From Terriglobia bacterium (GTDB taxonomy: Bacteria; Acidobacteriota; Terriglobia; Terriglobales; Acidobacteriaceae), in contig CAWFDY010000001.1 in assembly GCA_963814725.1 (NCBI GenBank), forward strand, positions 26,780-90,779: DNA of 64,000 bases, written 5' to 3'. Numbering within the stretch: position 1 is the first letter of the stretch; each line of letters starts with the position of its first letter. Both the position numbers and the translations under genes were made by a program. The notes beneath the pieces were generated by a model that worked only from the letters and a program-made list of their open reading frames with translations, did no database searches and was not told the origin of the DNA. Positions 1-6,893 of this stretch are shown here, piece after piece.

Positions 1-1
1 T

Positions 2-1321
2 TGCTTCATCACGGGAGTTCCCGGTTCGGGCAAGACTCTTGTCGGACTGAACGCCGTCCATCACCCGGATATACGAGAGACGGCTTCGTTCTTATCTGGA
101 AATGGACCCCTGGTAAAGATCTTGCGAGAGGCACTGATCCGGGACGACGTTCGGCGGGCTCAGCGGGCTGGGAAGCGACGGACTAGAAGAGCATCCGAAA
201 CAGCGGTGCATGCATTCATCCAAAGCGTTCATCGTTTCGCGGATGATCACTACAAAGACCAAGCACCAACACCAGCACAAAGGGTCATCATCTTCGACGA
301 GGCTCAGAGGGCATGGGATTCGACGCAGAACGAGCGTGCTCGCCGTCCCGCTGTGTCCGAAGCCCACATGATGATGGATGTAATGAATCGTCATGCCGGA
401 TGGTGCGTGCTGGTTTGTCTGGTCGGCGGGGGTCAGGAGATAAATCGTGGCGAGGCCGGCCTGCCGGAATGGGGCGTCGCTCTTCAAGGATTTGAAGGTT
501 GGAAGATATACGCATCGCCCACGGTTCTGAACGACACTTCTGGTGGTTCATTCTCTCTGTTCTCGGGAGACGCTCCGCGGCTAGGTCGGATTTCAACGGT
601 TGACGATTTTCACCTGAAAGTCAGCAACCGCTCTATAAGGGCAACGCAAATGTCCGAGTGGGTGGATGCCGTTCTCCGCGGAGATCACCCAGGAGCGAAG
701 GACCTCGCCCAAGCGATGTCCAGTTCTCCGGTGGTATCGAGAGACATCTCCACGGTCCGCCAATGGCTACGAAACAAGCGACGAGGTCTGAGTAGGGCTG
801 GCTTGGTTGCGAGTTCTGGAGCAGCTAGGTTGCGGCCAGACGGACTCGAAACCTCATTTGATTTTCACCAGCGCTTCGAGTGGGAGAGATGGTTTCTCGA
901 TCGTGACTCGTGCGAAGAAGTGGACTGCGAGCATAAATATTGTAATGAAGTGCGGGCTTCTTCCAAACTTGAGGTGGCGGCCACTCAGTTCGAGATCCAA
1001 GGATTGGAACTCGACTGGATAGGCATCTGCTGGGGCGAGGATCTGCTATGGAACGGAACGGAGTGGCTCAGCCGTACTTTCAATGGGAAGATGTGGAAGG
1101 TTAATAAAGATTCTCAGAAACACAAGTATCGGGTGAATGGGTACCGAGTTTTGCTTACTCGAGCACGCCAAGGAATGATCGTGTACCTTCCGAGCCCGGA
1201 CCAGACCGACTCGTCGCGCCTCCACGATCAACTCGATGCAACCGCACAATTTCTACTCCAGTGCGGCGTAGAGGAGCTGACGGTCCAGACCTCTGCATCT
1301 GGAACTCGCGATCTCAACTAA
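2..1321 (+). CDS. DUF2075-type P-loop NTPase (SF1-helicase-related), 5' end outside window
   Basis: Frame is open from the window edge. Walker A GVPGSGKT (nt 14-37), Walker B-like IIFDEAQR, C-terminal VLLTRARQGMIVY helicase-type motif. The ORF track lists only the part from nt 122. Confidence 0.75.
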   Translation, partial: CFITGVPGSGKTLVGLNAVHHPDIRETASFLSGNGPLVKILREALIRDDVRRAQRAGKRRTRRASETAVHAFIQSVHRFADDHYKDQAPTPAQRVIIFDEAQRAWDSTQNERARRPAVSEAHMMMDVMNRHAGWCVLVCLVGGGQEINRGEAGLPEWGVALQGFEGWKIYASPTVLNDTSGGSFSLFSGDAPRLGRISTVDDFHLKVSNRSIRATQMSEWVDAVLRGDHPGAKDLAQAMSSSPVVSRDISTVRQWLRNKRRGLSRAGLVASSGAARLRPDGLETSFDFHQRFEWERWFLDRDSCEEVDCEHKYCNEVRASSKLEVAATQFEIQGLELDWIGICWGEDLLWNGTEWLSRTFNGKMWKVNKDSQKHKYRVNGYRVLLTRARQGMIVYLPSPDQTDSSRLHDQLDATAQFLLQCGVEELTVQTSASGTRDLN

Positions 1322-1470
1322 GCTGCACTTACAATTTACGGAGTGAACTTGGGGGCGGCCCGCGCTTTTCTTTGAAATTGTGGGTCCATGGACGCTCCTA
1401 CCCTCCATGAAATCTAGTCGCGAAGCACAACTGCTGGAGGTCCGAGATCTCTTCCTTAACCGGTGAAAAT

Positions 1471-1549
1471 AGTGGAGTGAACCGCAAGGTCCCTCCACTT
1501 CGCAGGATCATCCGCTGCGCGGATGATCTTGCTGCGGTCGGGATGACAG
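1471..1549. repeat. Family C hairpin repeat, copy 1 (GGTCCCTCCACTTCGC..GCGGATGATC..GGTCGGGATGACA)
   Basis: Stems AGTGGAG/CTCCACT and GATCATCCGC/GCGGATGATC. About 90% identical over ~62 nt to 2405-2466. Related ends at 54641-54820. Confidence 0.8.
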
Positions 1550-1640
1550 GTCTTAAGTAAGGGAGGGGCAAAGCGCCCCACGAGGAACTTGGACGGGCGC
1601 CCTCGGCAATCTTGTCAAGTCAGGCGATTGGACGATCTCT

Positions 1641-1698
1641 TACATCTCTCTGAGCCAGTAGGCAACTTATACATCTCTCTGAGCCAGTAGGCAACTTA
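1641..1698. repeat. Perfect 2 x 29-bp tandem duplication TACATCTCTCTGAGCCAGTAGGCAACTTA
   Basis: Unit 1 is 1641-1669 and unit 2 is 1670-1698, identical base for base. No other copy seen in the window. Confidence 0.9.
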
Positions 1699-1835
1699 CT
1701 TCAGTAGTTAGTACCTGCGCGGGCGGTTCTGGCCTGGCCCGATTGATAAAATAGTAAGTGGAAGATCAGAAGAGGAGAGACGCGGCACCGCCAATGGATC
1801 AAGCGGGCCGCGCTTTTGATTTTTGGGGTCTGGGC

Positions 1836-2318
1836 ATGAAGATGCGGGCGGGCATTATTCAAAATCACATTATTCGCAATCCCAAGAAGCGCGGGGAGTG
1901 GGTGGAGTTGAAATTCATGGTGAAGGCGGCGGAATACGGGTTTGGGGTTTCGAAGCCGTGGGGCGATTCGTCACGGTATGACCTTGGGGTGGAAGACGGA
2001 GGCGGGCTGGTGCGGGTGCAGGTGAAATCGACCAAGTGCCGGGACAAGGGATCGTATGCGTGCGCGGTGCGTCCGAATCTGCAGATGGGACGGCCGTACA
2101 AGAGGGGCGACTTTGATTTTCTGGCGGCTTATGTGATTCCGGAGGATGTTTGGTACATCATCCCGGCGAAGCTGGTGGTGAAGAAAGGGACGATGGGGAT
2201 GATTATTCTGACGCCTTCGTCTCCGGGGCATAAGTATGAGCCTTATCTGGAGGCCTGGTATCTGCTGGGGAAGCGATCGCACAATGTGCCTGATATTTAT
2301 GGCGTGGCGATGGTGTGA
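1836..2318 (+). CDS. Stand-alone PD-(D/E)XK endonuclease-like protein (PDDEXK_5 / group I intron-associated type)
   Basis: KKRGEWVELKFMVKAAEYGFGVSKPWGDSSRYDLGVED..VRVQVKST fits the E..D..(V)QVK nuclease core of that family. ORF is open from GTG 1758; ATG 1836 chosen. Confidence 0.6.
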   Translation: MKMRAGIIQNHIIRNPKKRGEWVELKFMVKAAEYGFGVSKPWGDSSRYDLGVEDGGGLVRVQVKSTKCRDKGSYACAVRPNLQMGRPYKRGDFDFLAAYVIPEDVWYIIPAKLVVKKGTMGMIILTPSSPGHKYEPYLEAWYLLGKRSHNVPDIYGVAMV

Positions 2319-2327
2319 GCTAAACGC

Positions 2328-2466
2328 TGGTCGAGCTACGCTCGACTGGACGGCTGAGGGCAGCCGTCCCCCCGTGGTTCGTGGTGGGCGTATCGAATCT
2401 CGCGGGTCCCTCCACTTCGCAACATCATTCGCTTCGCGGATGATCTTGCTCCGGTCGGGATGACAG
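2328..2466. repeat. Composite repeat: two family-B-type hairpins plus family C copy 2
   Basis: Hairpins GTCGAGC-TAC-GCTCGAC (2330-2346) and GGACGGCTG-AGGG-CAGCCGTCC (2348-2369), followed by family C sequence at 2405-2466. Confidence 0.8.
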
Positions 2467-2550
2467 TGTTTGGGTTTCGTCTTACCGAACGTCAAAAACC
2501 CCGCCCAAGCGCAGCTTGAGCGGGGCACCCTTGAAGTCCTGAACGCTTTG

Positions 2551-3789
2551 TTACTGTGTGCTGACTACCGGCTTTACGTTGGCGGTGTCGGTGGGTACCG
2601 TGGGATGCGCCAGGAAGAAGTCGTGATCATAGAGGCTGCGGTAGAGCTTTCCGGAGATTTCCGCAGCTTTGGGTCCGAAGGTGGGACGCCCGCCTTGCAG
2701 GAAGACTACGACGACGATACGTCCGACATCGGTCTTGGCGTAGGAGGCGAACCATCCGTAGCGGGTGCCGGCTTTCGAGCAGGTACCGGTCTTTCCCAGG
2801 ATCTCTTCTTCGTTGAAATTGACTCGCAGGCTGCGTGCGGTGCCGTAGCTCACCGCCGCGGCCATGCCGTCTGAAATTTCGGGAATAAGCGGAGCGATAT
2901 CGAGGTGACGCTTCACCCGCGGTTCGAAGTTGGCAACTTCATCCGGCGCATTGGGATGCTGCAGGTAGTAGAGCGTGCCGCCGTTGGCGATGGCTGAAAC
3001 CATGGCGCCCAGCTGCAGCGGCGTCATCGAAATGCCTTCTCCGAAGGAGCACATCTTGCCCACTCCTCCGAGCTTCGACGAAATTTCCTGTGCGGGATAC
3101 GTTCCCAACTGCTCGCCCGGGATGTTGTATCCGGCGAGTTCGCCCAGTCCGTACTGGTGGGCGTAGAAGCTGACTTTTTCGAATCCCAGCTGGCGTCCCA
3201 GGGCTTCAAAATAGGCATTGTTGGAGTGTGCCAGGGCCGTGGTGAGATTCATGCGGCTGCTGCGGCCGAGGGCAATCTGGGTGTCTTTGGTGATGAGATC
3301 TTCGCTCAGAGCCGCCAGAGCAACCGACAGCTTGATGGTGGAGCAGGGTTGCGCGCCGCTCGAAAGAGCCAGCTTCTGATTGACCATGGCCAGTACACGC
3401 CCGCTGGTGGGCTCGATGGCAAGGACGGTGCCGTTCATGTTGCCCAGAGCATCCAAGGCGGCATGGCGGACTACCGGGTCCTCGCCGGCCGTGACGTCGC
3501 CGTCAAAGCTGTCTACACGGAACGAGCTGGCGGTGAAGCGCTCGTAGTAACGGTGGCGGCGACGGCCTGTGGCTCGCGCCGTATGAACGGTACGGGCGGT
3601 ATGGGCGCGGCTGCGGGAAAGCCGGCTGAGGCGTTTCCGGGCATGCGGAGCCTCGCTGACCTTCTGTGACTTCGATTTGGTTCCGGTGAGCGAACGAGTG
3701 CTGACGGTTGCTGCCATCCCCAATTCGGGAAGGACCGATAGTATGAATGCGATTAGCGCCAATACGGCAAAGCGTTTCCTGAAAATCAC
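2551..3789 (-). CDS. Penicillin-binding protein, transpeptidase domain (secreted, low molecular weight)
   Basis: N-terminal signal peptide. SxxK (STIK), SxN (SNN) and KTG (KTGT) motifs occur in canonical order. Confidence 0.85.
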   Translation of the reverse strand: MIFRKRFAVLALIAFILSVLPELGMAATVSTRSLTGTKSKSQKVSEAPHARKRLSRLSRSRAHTARTVHTARATGRRRHRYYERFTASSFRVDSFDGDVTAGEDPVVRHAALDALGNMNGTVLAIEPTSGRVLAMVNQKLALSSGAQPCSTIKLSVALAALSEDLITKDTQIALGRSSRMNLTTALAHSNNAYFEALGRQLGFEKVSFYAHQYGLGELAGYNIPGEQLGTYPAQEISSKLGGVGKMCSFGEGISMTPLQLGAMVSAIANGGTLYYLQHPNAPDEVANFEPRVKRHLDIAPLIPEISDGMAAAVSYGTARSLRVNFNEEEILGKTGTCSKAGTRYGWFASYAKTDVGRIVVVVFLQGGRPTFGPKAAEISGKLYRSLYDHDFFLAHPTVPTDTANVKPVVSTQ

Positions 3790-4221
3790 TAGATTTTTCC
3801 CCGTCCCGGCTGCTGATATGAATACGGATGCACGAGACCTGCCAAGCGGCTCGTTTCCCAGTTCAACTCACCATAACCTTCCGATATTATGGGACTTAGG
3901 CATCCCAGGCACAACTTAAAATCCACTTTGTTACCTGCCGCGTACCTCATCTGCAAATACATGAATGGAATAGATTTATTGTATTTTTGTGCTCGATTAC
4001 CGTCCTTTCGTAATGGATAGCGATTACTTCAGGAGCGACCTCGGGCTGGGAAAACTTTTGCCCTTTCTGGCCATAATTTTTCCCTGGCCTGGCAGCCCTT
4101 TGCCTATATTTCGGCGGAGATGCCGGGTCGTCGAGGCCACAAATCGAGACTGGGCGGGCTGCAAATCTACAACGTTCAGGTCTAAATCATCTATCCTTGG
4201 AAACTCAAGACTGGATGGTCC

Positions 4222-4563
4222 ATGAAAGACTGCTTGTTCTGCCGCATCGTTGCGGGTGAGATTCCCGCCAAAAAGATCTACGAAGACGAGCACACGTTTG
4301 CCTTCGAAGACATCAATCCGCAGGCTCCGACGCACCTGCTGGTGGTGCCGAAAAAACATATTGCCGGACTCAAAGAGGCCTCCTCGGAAGACGCGGAGAT
4401 GATCGGCCGTTGCCATCTCGCGGCTGCGACGGTGGCGCGGCAGCGCGGCATTGAGAATGGCTATCGCACGGTCCTGAACGTGGGGCCGGGTGCGGGACAG
4501 TCGGTGTTTCACCTGCACGTGCATCTGCTGGGCGGAAGAGATTTGACCTGGCCTCCGGGATAG
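4222..4563 (+). CDS. HIT-family (histidine triad) nucleotide-binding protein
   Basis: 113 aa with the HLHVHLLGG histidine triad. Confidence 0.9.
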   Translation: MKDCLFCRIVAGEIPAKKIYEDEHTFAFEDINPQAPTHLLVVPKKHIAGLKEASSEDAEMIGRCHLAAATVARQRGIENGYRTVLNVGPGAGQSVFHLHVHLLGGRDLTWPPG

Positions 4564-4571
4564 GTCCGCCT

Positions 4572-4602
4572 AATGTGGGCGCGAGCGCCCCGCTCGTGCG
4601 GT
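4572..4602. repeat. Family B repeat unit (ATGTGGGCGCGAGCGCCC.CGCTCGTGCGG)
   Basis: Same ~30-nt hairpin unit recurs at 5612, 5796, 19684, 24959, 25968, 30732, 37194 and 46132, in both orientations. Confidence 0.85.
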
Positions 4603-4635
4603 TTCAAGATCACTCCAGACCACGTGGTGATTTAA

Positions 4636-4654
4636 GACGGGCGGGATGCCCGTC
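4636..4654. repeat. GC hairpin GACGGGC-GGGAT-GCCCGTC
   Basis: 7-bp stem. Same hairpin type as 56480-56501 (GGACGGGCG-GAGA-CGCCCGTCC). Confidence 0.6.
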
Positions 4655-4670
4655 CTCTATCCAACACTAT

Positions 4671-5324
4671 TTAGTTCGTGGCTTCGACTTCCGGGGCGCC
4701 GTGACGGCGCAGAAGTTGAGGCAGGTTCTGGGAGAATGCGGAGCGCGGCAGCACCATGTCGCAGCCCACTTCGTGCGCCTTCATCTTTAAATCTCCCTGC
4801 ACGTGCGAGAGGAAACCGATGATCGACGTCCCCTTTTTCAACTTCGTCTTGAGTTTGGGGATCAGGGTCAGCGGCTTGGCATTGGCGTTGTTCATGTCGA
4901 AGATGATCAGCGACGGCTTTTCTTCGCCATTCAGCTTCATGTGATCGAGCAGGTCTTTTTCGGTCTTGACGAATTCGACCTTCACATTGAGCTTGCGTGC
5001 CGTCTCCTGGATTTTGGCCTGGAAAAACAGGTCATCGACGAAGGCAAAGATGCGGGAGTTGCCATTGTCGCCCTGGGGCAACGGCTCAGGCTCGAGGGGA
5101 GCGTAGGCGGGAGCGAATCCCGGGCGCATGCGGCCGGGCCTCGATCCCTTGTTTCCGCCCAGAGCGGCGCGGTAGCTGTGATCCATGGGAGCGCTGTAGA
5201 TGCCGCCATGCTGCTGGCGATCGCGTCCATCAGGCGCACCACCACGATTAGGCGGACGACGCCCGCGTCGCCGCTTGCTTCTCCCTCCACCACCGCCGGA
5301 GGGGTGTCCGGGACCTGCATTCAT
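4671..5324 (-). CDS. Receiver (REC)-like domain protein with Arg/Gly-rich low-complexity N-terminus
   Basis: The C-terminal ~125 aa have a CheY-like layout (VDD.., IIFDMN.., IGFLSH..). The N-terminal ~90 aa are rich in G, R and P. Start uncertain (ATG 5324 or 5417). Confidence 0.55.
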   Translation of the reverse strand: MNAGPGHPSGGGGGRSKRRRGRRPPNRGGAPDGRDRQQHGGIYSAPMDHSYRAALGGNKGSRPGRMRPGFAPAYAPLEPEPLPQGDNGNSRIFAFVDDLFFQAKIQETARKLNVKVEFVKTEKDLLDHMKLNGEEKPSLIIFDMNNANAKPLTLIPKLKTKLKKGTSIIGFLSHVQGDLKMKAHEVGCDMVLPRSAFSQNLPQLLRRHGAPEVEATN

Positions 5325-5611
5325 ATTGTTCTCGTTTTGTCGTTGCGTTAAGTCCACCCGAAGGGGGACTCGATTTGCTGATCGCTTTCTGGTATGACCC
5401 GCTTCGCGCACAAGCATGCGCCTGTGCCGAAAAACCCCGTGCGGCTGAAACTCACGCGTGAATGACTATTTTCCGTATGGCGTCTGAAGCCAGGGGGCGC
5501 GGAGGGCCAGCTAGAGAGCATGGCCTTTGGAACAACCTGATGGTACCGCCCCCAGGCGACGGAGCGCAAGTCCTAAGTCGCATGGTTTTGCACAACGGTA
5601 ACCGGAGACAG

Positions 5612-5824
5612 ATGTGGGCGCGAACGTCCCGCTCGTGCGGCAGCGCTCGCGGCTCATGCAGAAAGTGCGAACGCCCTCAGCTGCGCGGCGCTCGACGGAT
5701 CCTGCGCTCGGCAGTTCTTGCGGATACTCAAACCGGCCGAGCTTTACTTCGCTGGGAGCCGAGGCGGCTGTCCCCACGTGGCTGGTGGCGCTGCTGCACG
5801 AGCGAGGACGCTCGCGCCCACATT
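5612..5824. repeat. Family B inverted pair with internal hairpins (MITE-like, ~213 bp)
   Basis: ATGTGGGCGCGAACGTCCCGCTCGTGCGG (5612-5640) faces GCACGAGCGAGGACGCTCGCGCCCACAT (5796-5824). GGCTGTCCCCACGTGG module at 5766-5781. Confidence 0.8.
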
Positions 5825-5845
5825 AGACTTTATTATGATTGCAGG

Positions 5846-6790
5846 ATGCTCCCAGAAATCAATGCGGCCAGCATAGCCAGCACATACGGGACTATACGGC
5901 CCCATGTCCGACGAACTCCGGTCGTCGAAGTGGACGGATCCGATTTCGGGCTCGACGGAGTACGCCTGATTTACAAACTGGAAATGCTGCAGCATTCCGG
6001 TTCGTTCAAGGCGCGAGGCGCTTTCGCGAACCTGCTGATGCGGGATGTGCCCGCCGCCGGCGTGGTGGCAGCTTCCGGAGGCAATCACGGCGCTGCCGTG
6101 GCCTTCGCTGCGATGAAATTGAAAAAGCCGGCCAGAATTTTTGTCCCGGAAATCGCATCGGTCGCCAAGCAGGAACGCATCCGGGCATACGGCGCCGATC
6201 TGGTGGTAACAGGCTCCCGTTATGCCGACGCGCTGGCCGCGAGCGAACTATGGCGAGCCCAGTCCGGCGCACTCTCCGTCCACGCCTACGATCAGCCTGA
6301 AACGCTGCTCGGCCAGGGCAGCGTCGGCCTGGAGTTCGAAGATCAGTTTCCTCGTCTCGACAGTCTTATGGTTGCGGTGGGCGGGGGCGGATTGATTGGG
6401 GGCATCGCATCCTGGTATTCGTCGCGAATCAAAATCATCGGAGTGGAACCGGAAGCCGCGCCAACTCTCACCCGGGCATTGATGGCAGGCCGTCCCATCG
6501 ATGCCGAAGCCGGAGGAATTGCCGCCGATTCACTGGCCCCGAAAAGGGTGGGTGAACTCATGTTTCCCATTGCCCAGTCGCATGTGCACGAGGCTCTGCT
6601 GGTGGCGGACGAGTCCATTCTGCAGGCTCAGAAAGCGCTGTGGAAGGTTATGCGAGTGGTGGCAGAACCAGGTGGGGCGGCGGCGGTTGCGGCACTGCTG
6701 TCGAAGAAATACCGGCCGCGGCCGGGAGAAAGAGTGGGAGTCATTCTATGCGGCGGAAATACGACAGCTGTCGATTTCGGGAATCAATAA
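5846..6790 (+). CDS. PLP-dependent threonine/serine dehydratase
   Basis: SFKARG lysine motif and GGNHG loop. ATG 5846 chosen because 5462-5845 consists of repeat sequence. Confidence 0.85.
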   Translation: MLPEINAASIASTYGTIRPHVRRTPVVEVDGSDFGLDGVRLIYKLEMLQHSGSFKARGAFANLLMRDVPAAGVVAASGGNHGAAVAFAAMKLKKPARIFVPEIASVAKQERIRAYGADLVVTGSRYADALAASELWRAQSGALSVHAYDQPETLLGQGSVGLEFEDQFPRLDSLMVAVGGGGLIGGIASWYSSRIKIIGVEPEAAPTLTRALMAGRPIDAEAGGIAADSLAPKRVGELMFPIAQSHVHEALLVADESILQAQKALWKVMRVVAEPGGAAAVAALLSKKYRPRPGERVGVILCGGNTTAVDFGNQ

Positions 6791-6892
6791 GTGTGGGGCG
6801 GACACTCTTGTCCGCCGCTTTTGAAGCTGGTTTGTGAGCTCGGAAGTGAAGTCAACTTCAAAGGCGGCGGACACGAGTGTCCGCCCCACACA
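6791..6892. repeat. Family A bipartite inverted repeat
   Basis: Arms GTGTGGGGCGGACACTCTTGTCCGCCGCTTTTGAAG (6791-6826) and CTTCAAAGGCGGCGGACACGAGTGTCCGCCCCACAC (6856-6891). Each arm holds its own GGCGGACA..TGTCCGCC hairpin. Lies between convergent stop codons. Confidence 0.9.
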
Positions 6893-6893
6893 G

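Noticed and set aside
3790-4221. 430-bp AT-richer gap between the PBP and HIT genes, and the similar gap at 26815-27060, inspected for ncRNAs (SRP, 6S, RNase P, tmRNA signatures)
   Set aside because: I could find no conserved ncRNA signature motifs and no convincing extended structure by eye. A covariance-model scan (Rfam/Infernal) would be needed.
5462-5845. 128-aa N-terminal extension of the dehydratase ORF
   Set aside because: The extension is translated from family B repeat sequence (5612-5824) and has no dehydratase similarity. ATG 5846 gives a normal-length enzyme.
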